Made by a program: the position numbers and the translations under genes. A model generated the notes under the pieces. It saw only the letters and a program-made list of their open reading frames with translations. It did no database searches and was not told the DNA's origin. From assembly GCA_977017575.1 (NCBI GenBank), contig CDRNVI010000100.1, positions 1-64,000 on the forward strand: 64,000 bases of DNA, read 5' to 3'. Below are positions 9,479 to 20,399 of the stretch, piece after piece. This DNA is from Paramoeba atlantica (lineage: Eukaryota > Protista > Discosea). Position 1 is the first letter of the stretch. The number at the start of each line of letters is the position of its first letter.

Positions 9479-12064
9479 ATGCTTGGCCGTTTCCGTTTGT
9501 CAAACTTGCAAAGGAATCAGAAATCGGCTTTGTGCCTAGCCGTCAAGCTTGCGAAATATTTACCTGTGATCAACGCTGCCTCCTCTTCGCTCCCTCACAC
9601 CTTGTCGAAACCCGAAGCGTCTTCTCAAAAAACCATTACGGACCACATGGACCGCACAACGAAAACATTTATCGCTCCCCGTTTATTTTTCTCCCCAAGA
9701 AAAATCTTCCCGAACGCGATTACCCCTACACAGCCTTTATATCACTCTTCCCTACGTTGTTTCCAACACAGCTCCTTCCAACACAGCTCTTCCTCTTCCT
9801 CCTCCATACCACCCACCACCGCTCCTCCTTCCCCTGTCCCCCCCTCCGTCTCCCCCCCACCACCACCCGAGAGCTTATGGCTCAGCCGCGCCCACCTCAC
9901 CCGTCTTCTCTCCTACATGTGGCCCTCCCACCGCCCGGGGACCCGACTGCGTGTCGCCTCTGCGGTGCTCCTGATGCTCGCGACCAAACTCCTCACCGTG
10001 TGTGTCCCGCTGGTGTTTAAAACCCTCGTCGACGCCCTCTCCAGTGAGGAGCTGGTCCGGGCCGCGGCCTACAACCCGTTTGCCTTCTCCCTCACCGCCG
10101 TGGCCCTGTGCTACGGCGCCGTTCGCACCGCCCAGCACTTCGTCCAGGAACTTCGCTACGCGATTTTTATGAATGCCAGCCAGAGCGCGATGAATGAGAT
10201 CCACGTCCGCATGTACCGCACCCTGCTCGACCAGGACCTCTCGTTTCACTTAAAACGACAAACCGGCGCCCTGGTGCGTCAAGTCGACCGCGGCATGCGT
10301 GCCGTGAACACGCTGATCTACGTGCTGCTGTTTAATCTCACCCCGACGCTGCTGGAGCTTGGGCTGGTTTGTTATATTATTGCGAATACGGCGCCTGGAG
10401 GGCCCGCGGTGGCACTCACGTGTCTCTCCTCGATGGCACTCTATACGGTTTTTACGTTCTGGATGACGAAATGGCGTATTGGTTTTCGCAAGGAGTTAAA
10501 CGCGATTGAGAGCCAAACCAGCCAGAGGTTGCATGAAGGGTTGACGAACTATGAGGCGGTGAAGTTGTACAACAAGGAGAGATGGGAACTGGACCGGTAT
10601 GAGGGTTTACTGGAGCAGTTTCGAGGGTACAGTGCGAAGAATAACTGGTCGTTTGCGGCGTTAAATTTCGGACAGGCGTTTATTTTCTCTGTTGCGATGG
10701 CGCTGATCAGTGCGCTGTGTGCCTCCCACGTGCAATCCGGGGCGATGACGGTAGGGGATCTTGTCATGGTGAATGGACTGATGTTGCAACTGTCGTGGCC
10801 GCTTCACTTTTTGGGAACTATTTATCGTGAATTGACGCAAAGCAGTTTAGATATGCAAACGCTTTTTCGTTTATTCGACCGCACCACTGAACGAGAAAAG
10901 GAGAAAAAGAAACGAGAGGAACATTTTCCTCTGTTTTCTTACCGCCCTTCTGGTGGGGGCATTGAGTTTCGCAATGTCTCGTTTCGCTATCCCACAGAAA
11001 AAGACGAGGCTTCCATCATTATGAACCCACAAACAAACTCACCAAGCTCTGCTTCCTCCCCCACAACAGGAACACCCCAAAACCAATGCACGGAAAAACA
11101 AGAAAAATCAGCGACCTCGGTAAATTCCGATGCCATTCTCCGTGACATCAGCTTTACCGTACGCCCTGGCCAGGTCGTCGGGGTTGTTGGACCCACGGCC
11201 TCCGGCAAATCCACTCTGCTCCGGCTGCTCGCTAAGTTTTACGAGCCCACGGAGGGTACGATATGGCTGGACGACCAACCCCTTCACCGGCTCACCCCGG
11301 ACTCCGTACGAAAGGCTCTGGGTTATCTCACGCAGGACATTGTGTTGTTCAACGACACTGTCCGGTTTAATATTGCCTACGGAGCCGAGGAGCAAGCCCG
11401 TGAGAAAAATACTAACGAGACAACGACTTCTTCCCAAACTAACGGAGAAGAGGTAGGGAATGAGGCGAAAGAGAAGGGCAAAGAAAGTGAAAAGCGGACA
11501 GCTGGAGGGAGAGATGGAGAAGCCATGTCTCCGTCTTCGTGTCCTGATCCTTTTTCCCTTTCCCATGTCCCGTTTTCTGCCATCCAACACGCCGCGACAC
11601 GTGCGGATCTCCACAACGGCATCTGTGCCCTCCCCCAGGGCTATGACACTCTCGTAGGGGAGCGAGGCCTGCGGCTGTCCGGGGGCGAGAAGCAACGCCT
11701 GGCACTGGCCCGTATGTTGTTAAAGGACCCCGTGATTCTGCTCGCGGATGAGGCCACGGCCTCGCTGGATACCCACACGGAGGCCAACGTGATGAACGCG
11801 TTAAAACAAAGTGGCCGGACTGTATTGCTCGTGGCACATCGGCTCACGACGGTGAGAGATGCGGATTGTATTGTCGTGTTGGACAAAGGCAGGGTTGTGG
11901 AACAAGGGACACATCAGGAGCTGTTGTGTGGGGTGGCAAGCGGGGGGAAGGGGTATGAAGGGGCGGAGAATGGAGAGAGAGGGAAAAGGGCGAAGGGATT
12001 GTATGCACAGATGTGGGAAAAACAGTCGCTGGAGAAAACAGTGAGGTGTGAGGCAAAGGAGTAG
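9479..12064 (+). CDS. ATM1: Mitochondrial ABC half-transporter ATM1/ABCB7
   Basis: TMD with LSFHLKRQTGAL and GLTNYEAVK; Walker A GPTASGKST, signature LSGGEKQR, Walker B ILLADEATASLD; presequence-like N-terminus. Confidence 0.9.
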   Translation: MLGRFRLSNLQRNQKSALCLAVKLAKYLPVINAASSSLPHTLSKPEASSQKTITDHMDRTTKTFIAPRLFFSPRKIFPNAITPTQPLYHSSLRCFQHSSFQHSSSSSSSIPPTTAPPSPVPPSVSPPPPPESLWLSRAHLTRLLSYMWPSHRPGTRLRVASAVLLMLATKLLTVCVPLVFKTLVDALSSEELVRAAAYNPFAFSLTAVALCYGAVRTAQHFVQELRYAIFMNASQSAMNEIHVRMYRTLLDQDLSFHLKRQTGALVRQVDRGMRAVNTLIYVLLFNLTPTLLELGLVCYIIANTAPGGPAVALTCLSSMALYTVFTFWMTKWRIGFRKELNAIESQTSQRLHEGLTNYEAVKLYNKERWELDRYEGLLEQFRGYSAKNNWSFAALNFGQAFIFSVAMALISALCASHVQSGAMTVGDLVMVNGLMLQLSWPLHFLGTIYRELTQSSLDMQTLFRLFDRTTEREKEKKKREEHFPLFSYRPSGGGIEFRNVSFRYPTEKDEASIIMNPQTNSPSSASSPTTGTPQNQCTEKQEKSATSVNSDAILRDISFTVRPGQVVGVVGPTASGKSTLLRLLAKFYEPTEGTIWLDDQPLHRLTPDSVRKALGYLTQDIVLFNDTVRFNIAYGAEEQAREKNTNETTTSSQTNGEEVGNEAKEKGKESEKRTAGGRDGEAMSPSSCPDPFSLSHVPFSAIQHAATRADLHNGICALPQGYDTLVGERGLRLSGGEKQRLALARMLLKDPVILLADEATASLDTHTEANVMNALKQSGRTVLLVAHRLTTVRDADCIVVLDKGRVVEQGTHQELLCGVASGGKGYEGAENGERGKRAKGLYAQMWEKQSLEKTVRCEAKE

Positions 12065-12726
12065 CGAAACGTTGAGGTTGATAAAAGGAGAGTTGTGGTG
12101 CGCACGTGTTCGGGTCTCAGAAAGAAAGGACGATGAAGCTGTTGAGGGTCCCGTCAAATTGAGTGTGAGTTCACTGGGGTCTTATGTTTGTGAAGGCGTA
12201 AAAAGTTATGTTGTAATTGTTTTTTTCTCGTCACATACCAGTGCGTTCATACTCACCAGTATCACCTTTGCCTCGAAGCCCCTTTACCTTGATGCGTGCC
12301 TGCTACAGATCTAGAGCAGGCTGTTTTTTACCACACTGATTTTTTTTTTGCAAAAGAGCAAGGGTTTTGTACCACCACCAGAGGAAAAAGCTTTGACACG
12401 TGTAGCTATCTGGGACATGCTCCGATACCTTTTATTGTTGATTTTTAGCAGCAGACCGCTTGAGTGAAGCCCTCACTGCATGAACCAGAGCAGGACCTGA
12501 ATCTTAGGCAGTTAGCTATTTCCTCTCCTTCCTTAGCTAGTTACTCGTACTGTACAGTAGCTAGTCTACTGTAGTACAGTAGATAATCTACTGTGAGCGT
12601 TGAATACTGAAAAAATATAAAAGACTATTTTAAAGATATTCTTTGTTTCAATTCATATTTTTTTTCTTTCAATTTTAGAAAATTTCTTTTTCGCATTTTT
12701 ATCCCTTTTAGACTTTACTTTCTTGC

Positions 12727-13347
12727 ATGGTGTATTTTTACACTTTAAAAACTGCCCCGGATCTTGTCTGCTATATGGGCCGAGATAAGTATGAAAACGA
12801 AGATCTGATTGAATACGGATTGGACGAGGACGTTTGGTTTCATGTTGATGATTACAGTAGTGCTCATGTCTACCTCCGATTAAAGGAGGAAGAATCATGG
12901 GAAAATATTTCTCCCGAAACATTGGAAGAATTAGGCCAGCTAACGAAACACAATTCAATTACAGGATCCAAACTTGCGTCTGTGAATATTATTTACACGC
13001 CGTGGAAGAATCTTCACAAGGGAAAGGATATGGAAATTGGTGCAATTGGATATCATAATCCGAAAGCCGTCAAAACGTTGCGCATTTCCAAGAACAACGA
13101 TATTGTAAAACCTATAGAGAAAACAAAGCGAGAGAAGTCAGATTACAATTTGAAATCCTTGCGTGAGAAATATGATAAGAACAAAAGAGAAAAGGCACGT
13201 CTTATTCAAAAACAGCAAAAAGATGAAAAAGAACGTCAAATCTCTGAGGCGAAAAAGGCAGCAGAGCTTCGAAATTATTCATCATTAATGAAAACAGTTG
13301 ATCGGAGTGCTGACCAAACGCCAATCGATGAGGATGACTTTATGTAA
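12727..13347 (+). CDS. CCDC25: CCDC25 (NFACT-R domain) protein
   Basis: MVYFY...YMGRDKYENEDLIEYG...DVWFHVDDYSSAHVYLRL, C-terminal coiled coil. Confidence 0.92.
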   Translation: MVYFYTLKTAPDLVCYMGRDKYENEDLIEYGLDEDVWFHVDDYSSAHVYLRLKEEESWENISPETLEELGQLTKHNSITGSKLASVNIIYTPWKNLHKGKDMEIGAIGYHNPKAVKTLRISKNNDIVKPIEKTKREKSDYNLKSLREKYDKNKREKARLIQKQQKDEKERQISEAKKAAELRNYSSLMKTVDRSADQTPIDEDDFM

Positions 13348-14093
13348 TTCATTATTGAGAAATTTTGAATTAATTGAAGCCATCCCCACTTAAATACCTG
13401 AGGAAAACTATCGAAGCCGTGAAGAGATTCAACTGAAAGCTTAAAAAGTTGCACTGGTTCATGACACCACTATTTATTATGAAAGTGTTATTCCCGACGC
13501 AAAGCCTACTACATTTTATTAGTGTATGGTTTGCTGTATTTATTTTTCTTTTGGAACCTGTTTTATCATTGGAGAGTATGCAGTAGGTCTGTGTAAGTCC
13601 GCGACGAGCTGTGGTACGTGGTAATCCGTGTAGATTCGTGAATGTTCGTGTAGAATTTTTCGGTATTTTTTGAGAGGGCTTAATGGCTCGGCCGCTAGGA
13701 TGATTGCATGTAGGTAAAACAGACCGAATTAGTTAAAACACGTCACTCTGAATGAAAATTTAAATAACAGCTGAAAGAATAAACCCACATAGGCACTAAT
13801 ACTAATAATCCTTGTGATGGGAATAGTCGTTGGCTTTAGCACCACTCACTCTTTACCTTATTTGGTGCCACTTATCTTTACTTTTTCATTAAATCTCTTT
13901 TACCATCTTAAACCTCTTTTTAGCTTTATAACTTGAAACATCACGCACATTGCGAGAAGCGACGTTCTTTTTGCACTTTTTTAAAGATTCCATCTTACGG
14001 GAACCTTCTTCATCTTCGACTTCAATATGTTGTGGGCCACGTGAACCAAACGTGGTTCATCATTATCTTCGGTGGGATTGAACGAATAATGTA

Positions 14094-15060
14094 CTCCCCC
14101 TGTCATTAATAATTTCTTTTTTAGGCTTTTCGTTAAATGCGGTGGTTGTTTTCAACTTAGAAGTCCCTCATGCTGCGCTCTTCGCGTTGAAAACTACCTC
14201 CGCGTTTAACGAAGAGCCCAAAAAAGAAATTTGGCCTGGAAAGGTGAAGAAAACGGAAAGATTATAGCCAAAAATAGCCGATTTTTGGGTAAAAATGGGG
14301 TGATTTTTGCGTATTTTTGCTCTCAGAGCACTAAATCTGATATTTGCGTGTGCGAAATCACTCGTAGGCGTGAATGCAAGCCTACTGAACGTGTTGGGTA
14401 GAGAATGCGACTCCAACCACGCCATTCTTTCGACATAAAAAGGCCTCTTGGGGTCCGAAAAATACTTTTTCACCTTTTTTAGTAAAAAATGGACCATTTT
14501 CGCGGGCATACCACGGCTCGAAGAAGAGATAGCTTGGGAAAACAACTGGGCGGAAAGCTAGTATAGGTCCCAAACTCAAAATACAATAGGGGAAACGATT
14601 TTTGGAAAAATAATTTTTTTACCATCTTTTTCGCCAAGTTGAATTTTTTTTCAAAATTTTTTTTCCGAAAAAATCCGAACTTGGCGGACCCGTCCTGCGG
14701 CTACGAGGGGGGGTCACCCCGGGGTACGGGGGTGGAAAATGCGCGCCAAGACCCCGGCTACCCTTTCTGCGGTTTTGTTTCGAAAAATCATTTTTACAAA
14801 AAAATTTCGTGCGGTATGCTCCCCCCCCCCTAGACCCCCCATTTTTTTCAATTTTGACCACCGGAGCCCCTTTTTATATTTTTTTCTTCTATTATATTAC
14901 TGTGTTCCTCTTTATATTTTCACTGTTTTTGTTCACCTTTTTTTCAATAATCGAGGGTAGAGCGGTAGTTTTACAACCACCGCAATGATAATGATAATCC
15001 TCAAGAATGATAATTTTTTGAGATTATTATTATCATTATCATTATTAATGGCAGGGGGAG
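14094..15060. mobile_element. Roughly 95-bp Stowaway-like MITE (TIR CTCCCCCTG(T/C)CATTAATAATGATAATGATAAT, TA flanks) split by an 873-bp insertion
   Basis: Joining 14092-14112 to 14986-15062 restores a 34-nt inverted repeat with one mismatch. Confidence 0.8.
14113..14985 (+). mobile_element. Complete non-autonomous hairpin-ended element (5' large palindrome, internal modules, 3' small hairpin), no TSD
   Basis: Starts TTTCTTTTTTAGGC, ends ACAACCACCGCAA; segments recur at 37.6, 48.8-49.4, 53.9-55.1, 57.7 and 61.0-61.6 kb. Confidence 0.8.
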
Positions 15061-15434
15061 TACTCCTCTTCTCATTAATTTATATAAACGCCATTCCTAA
15101 TTTTTCAGAAAAAAATATAGATTTTCAAAAAATTATGTTTTTGAAGAAAAAAACAGGAAAAGCTAGGATAGAGGGGAGGACACCGCAGAAAAATTTGACC
15201 CTCACTTCCGACAAGGACCTTGGATCTCACGTTCTGCAATAGCTTATCGCAGAAAAATAGCGTTTTTCCATCAGGCAAGATCATTAATCAGGACTTTTTG
15301 CCTAACCATTCTTATTAATTTCTATAAATATAAATATAAATTTTCTTTTTTGTTACAATATATAAACCCCTGGCCACCAATAAGGCACCCCCCCTTATTT
15401 TTTGCATGAGGGGGTATGGTAGGGTTATCATACC

Positions 15435-15998
15435 ATGTTTTCGTTCAAAATTTTGAGATCTGTACGTTCCCGCTGTTTTTTTGATACAAACGATAATCGA
15501 ATGAAAATGTGGGTAAAAAAAGGAGAGACCCCTGCAAAGAGACTAAAGGTGCGCTGGGCGCCTAAGTGTCAGGTGTGGGGTGCTATAGGAATTAACTGGA
15601 GATGCTTAAAAATTTTATCCAGCAGGACCTCTATTACCCACGAAACATACATAGACACACTAAAACATGTTTATTTCCCCCGCAAAAGAATATTTCAACA
15701 AGATGGTGCCACCGCTCATACGGCCAAGGCCACCATAAATTACCTGAACAAACGAAAAATTAATCTACTAAAAAATTGGCCCCCAATTTCTCCCGATCTT
15801 TCTCCCATTGAAAACATATGGTCAATGGTACAACAAGACGTAAGTGAAAAGCTACCATCTACAGTTTCCGAACTGCAAAGGTGTATTCTAAACACATGGA
15901 GTTCTTTACCGACTGAAATGATAAATGATACCATCTTAAGTTTCGATCGTAGACTGAAGGCCTGCGTCGAACTAGGTGGCGAAAAGGTAAAAAAGTGA
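15435..15998 (+). pseudogene. 5'-truncated Tc1/IS630 transposase (second D to E spacing 35)
   Basis: VWGAI, FQQDGATAH, WPPISPDLSPIENIW motifs; HTH domains and first D missing. Confidence 0.85.
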
Positions 15999-16407
15999 TA
16001 AATACAGGGTCGTTCAGCATTTTTTGAACAATTCTTACAAGTGTATGTTTTGTTCAATTTTTTATATACAAATGTACCTCAATAATCATATGTACCTCAA
16101 AAGATAGGCGCGAGCCTCCTCTAGAAAGGAAAAATATGATGACTTTGTCGCCAAGCGCGGTTCAGACACTAATATTTTTTTTGGTAATATTTGACGCCTT
16201 TCGTCCAGATGAGCCGCTAGAAAACGTCTTGTTTTTAAAACTCTTCGAATCGTGAAAGAAAAGCTTGTCTTTACTCACACGTATTTGAATCATGCGTTCA
16301 TATGTATTTGAAGCATCCGATAGAGTAAGAATTTGATACTATCAAATGCAAAACGTGTTTTGTTGTAGAATTGCCAAATTGCGTTTTTTTCTTTACTTTC
16401 TTGGAAC

Positions 16408-17601
16408 ATGCCATTGCAACTGGACGAGGAGTCCAGTTACTGTATTTCCCCTCGCTCTGATGCTAGCTCAATTTCAGATTTGAGCGTATCAACACCATCC
16501 TCACTCGGTGATGACCCGGATTGGACTTTGAGTGATTTCTCCGTAGATTCAAGCGATAACTCTCTTATTAGTGAAGATGAGTGGAGTGATGGGGAGGGCC
16601 TTGTAGCATATGGCCAATTAGCTTGTAACGTCGAACGCGGTGAAGATGAAAGTTTCTTAGATTTTATCTCACGAATAAAAGGGGATGTTTCATCCCGCGC
16701 GAGCTCTATCCCCTACGAGAAAATCTCACCCCCAAAAAATTATGATCTAGTGGTTGAAGAATTGATTGGCAATAGTCTTTCTTCTCAGCAACCAGAAGAA
16801 GAGGTTCTAAGAGCAGAACCTCCGGACGAGATCGAGCCGAGAACTTCAAATGTACAACCAAGTCACGACGAGGAAAAAATTCAAACAGAAGTAACGGCGG
16901 ATGAGGTGCGAAGCAAGAGGAACGTCGAACGTGCTCTACGAAGACGTATCGAAAGCTTACAACACAAACTGCGTTTGCGCACACGACAGTTACGAAATGC
17001 TGTAAATCGTAACTGCAAGCAAGAAACGCGGTATGATGAAATATGTGAGAGGGTAAACGCAAGCATGAAAAACAGTGAGTTCACTTGCAAAGAGGCTGAG
17101 ATTCGATGCTCTCTGTTAGAAAACGAACTGAAGATAGTAAAGGAGGAAAGAGCACTTCTTGAAGTACGATACAGGGAAGAGGAGACTGAAAAATTTCAAA
17201 TAATTAAATCTTTGCAATTATTGCGCAGCCAACAGCACATCCAGACATTTGAACAAAAGCAACAGGGAAAACGAGGCCGACCCATGAAAAGAAAAACAAT
17301 GAACAGACGAACCGCAGTTCAAATATATAGAACTAGAACGCGGTTAACAGAAACAGATGTAATGGCTATAAAATTGTTTCACAGGAGCGGCGTTTACCGG
17401 CACGCTGACCTTTGTTACATGTTTGCTTTGCCCCGTTCGACGTGCACTTATGTTCTGAAAAGTTCTAAGGCTGGAGAAAGACTTCAAAAAGTTCGACACG
17501 TGCGCCAGGTGCTAGAAAACTGGGAAGATTTTGAGCAGGCCAAAGGAATGCTGTCGAGCGTAATGGCAGCCCTCCAACGCACCGTTCTCTTAACAGTCTG
17601 A
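16408..17601 (+). CDS. N-terminal part of transposase: acidic region, coiled coil, HTH
   Basis: 397-aa ORF; C-terminal RLTETDVMAIKLFHRSG...ADLCYMFALPRSTCTYVLK resembles the first Tc1 HTH; overlaps the open frame of the DDE ORF from 17535. Confidence 0.6.
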   Translation: MPLQLDEESSYCISPRSDASSISDLSVSTPSSLGDDPDWTLSDFSVDSSDNSLISEDEWSDGEGLVAYGQLACNVERGEDESFLDFISRIKGDVSSRASSIPYEKISPPKNYDLVVEELIGNSLSSQQPEEEVLRAEPPDEIEPRTSNVQPSHDEEKIQTEVTADEVRSKRNVERALRRRIESLQHKLRLRTRQLRNAVNRNCKQETRYDEICERVNASMKNSEFTCKEAEIRCSLLENELKIVKEERALLEVRYREEETEKFQIIKSLQLLRSQQHIQTFEQKQQGKRGRPMKRKTMNRRTAVQIYRTRTRLTETDVMAIKLFHRSGVYRHADLCYMFALPRSTCTYVLKSSKAGERLQKVRHVRQVLENWEDFEQAKGMLSSVMAALQRTVLLTV

Positions 17602-17618
17602 GATGCGCCTTCGTAGAA

Positions 17619-18470
17619 ATGAGCAACGGCCGACTGATAATTCCACGCTTTCGATTACGTGCTTTACTCTACTACGGTGGTTATTCTTTTAAGGCCAAAG
17701 TATCAAATCTGTCTCTCTCCCAAAAAAAAATGGACGCAAGAGTCGCCTTTTGTCAATCAATGTTAAAAGAGAACGAGGCAACCGAAGGCATATTTTTTAA
17801 GCGATTAATATTTTCTGACGAATCCTGGATGGAAGCGGGGGACATGTCCAGAGGTGCTTGGCAAAGTCCGACTGACATTGTGTATAAGTCAAGGACGCAT
17901 CATCCAACGAAAGTAATGATTTGGGGTGCTATTGCGGGCGACGGACACGTTTTTTACCACTGGTGCGATTTCACCAAGTTTTACAAGGATGAAGCTTCGC
18001 GTGAATTGCTACCTGGGGAAAAGCGGGAAGAATTTCCTCAGGAATTAAAACTCGGATCGTTATATTACCGCAAGTCGATATTGGAGCCCCATTTTTTGCC
18101 TTACGCAGCCACTCATGAAAACATTATTCTTATGGAAGACGGTGCTCCCGCTCATCGGGCCATACTTACAAAAAAGTGGTGGAAAGATCGAAAGGCGATG
18201 AACTTGTCACGGTACGTGAGTACAACTGGAGAGTTAATGCTTCGCTGGCCGGCGGATTCCCCAGATCTTAATCCAATTGAGAACTTGTGGAACCAAACAA
18301 AGCAATTCAAGAACCGTAAATGCCCCATTTCTGCAGGTGAAATTAAGCGCGTATGTGAATCATATTTGGACTCCGTAGAAGCGAAGGAGTCGATAAAGAA
18401 GCTGCATGTCTCCTTCAAAAAAAGACTCGAGTTGTGCATATTATATAAAGGAAAGAAGATTCCTTACTAA
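17619..18470 (+). CDS. Tc1/IS630 DDE catalytic domain (DD46E)
   Basis: IFSDES, MIWGAI, MEDGAPAH, WPADSPDLNPIENLW; reading frame open from 17535 and includes a second HTH-like segment. Confidence 0.9.
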   Translation: MSNGRLIIPRFRLRALLYYGGYSFKAKVSNLSLSQKKMDARVAFCQSMLKENEATEGIFFKRLIFSDESWMEAGDMSRGAWQSPTDIVYKSRTHHPTKVMIWGAIAGDGHVFYHWCDFTKFYKDEASRELLPGEKREEFPQELKLGSLYYRKSILEPHFLPYAATHENIILMEDGAPAHRAILTKKWWKDRKAMNLSRYVSTTGELMLRWPADSPDLNPIENLWNQTKQFKNRKCPISAGEIKRVCESYLDSVEAKESIKKLHVSFKKRLELCILYKGKKIPY

Positions 18471-19702
18471 ATACTGTATGTGTACTAATGTTAAAATAAG
18501 TGATTTCTGGGAAAGGGGAGAAACTCAGTACTAAAAACTAAAGTTTATCGAAAAATAATGATAAAATACTTGGTCAATTTTGCCTGAGATTGCCTTTTTG
18601 GACCGTTGCATCTTTTGGGTACAGGGGCCCATGTGCGTAGAAAATATTTTTCCCTATCTGCTTGTGTTCTAAACTAACGCTTTCCGCACATTTTATTTGA
18701 ATTCGACATCATGTGCAACCTGTGGAATTGTTCAACTTTGACATAAACGGCCCTGTAGTTTCCACTTTATAAATAGCTATAGGACTAGTGACCAAGTGTG
18801 GGAGGACATAAATCCCGAACTGAGATCTGCAAAATGCCATTGAAATTAGCTCAAACAAACAAAGCATCGAATTTTTAGAGGGGGGTGCCTTATTTTGGCC
18901 AGGGGTTTATTTATAGAAATTAATGAGGAGGAGTACATCGTTTTCGACAAAAAAAAGATTTTCATGCCAAAAATGCGAAATTTTGGGCGAATTTGGGCCG
19001 TTTTTGAAACCAAATACAGTTGATAATTTTTATAGATACAGTTGATAATTTTTTAAGAGTCTTCATCACATAGAATAATAATTTTTTTAAGATTATCATT
19101 ATTAATGACAGGGGGAGTACACTTTCTTAAAATAATTTCAAATTTTTATGAAATCGTTTTTTGTGTTCCCTAGGCATACGCTAACTAGTAAACTAGTAAT
19201 TACTATAGTAATTACTATGAGCTACTACTTTTGAGTCTTCCCATGAAGGTTGTTACCATTTTAAAAACACAGTTATTTTTGAAATTTCATTTCATTGTTT
19301 TATGGCGGATATGTTATTAACTTTAGCGGTATCTGCAGTGTCTCTCATATTAATAAAATTATTAGCTATTGACTTCTTATTGTCTGTCTGGAAGTTGAAC
19401 CAATCGTTGAAAGGGAACCCGGAAATGAAGTTTCTACACCTGTGCCAAGCAACACTCGTCGACGACAAAGGCCTTCTGCAGAAGAGCATCGCGAGCGTGC
19501 TGTTGCCATTTCTAATCGACTTAAAGAAAATCCCACTCAAGTTGCCCTTACTAATGAAGCCCATGAAGCCCACGGCGCTCTCCCGCCGTGCTCCCCGCCA
19601 CGCTCCTGCCGTGCCACCCGCCACGCTCCCGCCGCGCCACCCGCCACGCTCGTGCCGCACCACCCGTCACGCTCCCTCCCCGCCTCCACTTCCGCCGCCC
19701 CC

Positions 19703-20000
19703 CTAATGCCCGGCAAAAGATCCTGGCGTCACCCAGCTAGCAGTACGGACTGAGTCCAAATACTTCTTTTGCTGTGCATGTGTGACCGCAAAATCTAATA
19801 CCATGCCTTTCGCCAGAACCCCTCTCTCAAGAGAGCCAGTGGGCAGAAAAACGTCCGCGGGTCTAGTGAGAGCGCCTCCTGGGCCACGGTTTCCCAGACT
19901 CTTTTCTCTCTGTGGTTGAAGAAAGGCCTTGCTGCGGAAAGATGCGAATTGGTGTGCCAGGGCGTTGTGTCGAGCTATCAAACCGTGTCCGTTTTTACAT
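19703..20000 (-). pseudogene. Restriction-like endonuclease fragment of a CRE/SLACS/CZAR-type non-LTR retrotransposon
   Basis: CKNGHGLIARHNAL, RPADVFLP and LDFAVTH motifs in the order expected for RLE domains. Confidence 0.7.
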
Positions 20001-20399
20001 AATAATCATACCCTGGACTTAGCTCCGAGTAAATTAAGCATCATTAAGCACAACTAAACATTTTTCTCTTCCATGTGTAAGTACAATTATGTTTTGCATA
20101 TATAACCCCCCAATGAAAAGTGACCTACCCCTTTATTATAATGGGTACCTGGTTGGGCACCATAATCATTGCAAAGCGGGTTCGAGCCTCCATACCAAAC
20201 CACTCCTCGCAACACATCGATCCCGAGAGTAACCCGCCTTCTATGAGTCAGAGCTTGACTCCAATACGTCAGAACGGGGCAGGAGAGCGAAGAGAAATTT
20301 CAACCGCAGTGGAAAAGAATATTGGTACCTACAATTCGTAGGTTCATGCAGCCAAGCGGCTGTAACTGCTTCGCAGTTGAAAACACCGCGAAAACCAAC

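Larger units (their letters stand above)
16005..18755 (+). mobile_element. 2.75-kb Tc1/IS630-type element nested just after the stop codon of the previous transposase
   Basis: Imperfect TIRs TA-CAGGG(T/C)CGTT...TTGAACAATTC at both ends. Confidence 0.7.
15365..18907 (+). mobile_element. Internally deleted Tc1/IS630-type element (TIR AACCCCTGGCCA..AATAAGGCACCCCC, TA flanks)
   Basis: Roughly 28-bp TIRs at 15365-15393 and 18881-18907, both flanked by TA. Confidence 0.85.
15063..18933. mobile_element. Outer MITE-like shell (about 330 bp net) containing two nested Tc1 elements
   Basis: TA-CTCCTCTTCTCATTAATTTATATAA at 15061 versus inverted TTATAGAAATTAATGAGGAGGAG-TA ending 18935. Confidence 0.6.

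Noticed and set aside
12330-12620. snoRNA cluster between ATM1 and CCDC25
   Set aside because: No convincing paired C/D or H/ACA boxes.
20140-20200. tRNA (GGTTCGAGCC T-loop-like motif)
   Set aside because: No acceptor stem, D arm or anticodon arm could be built.
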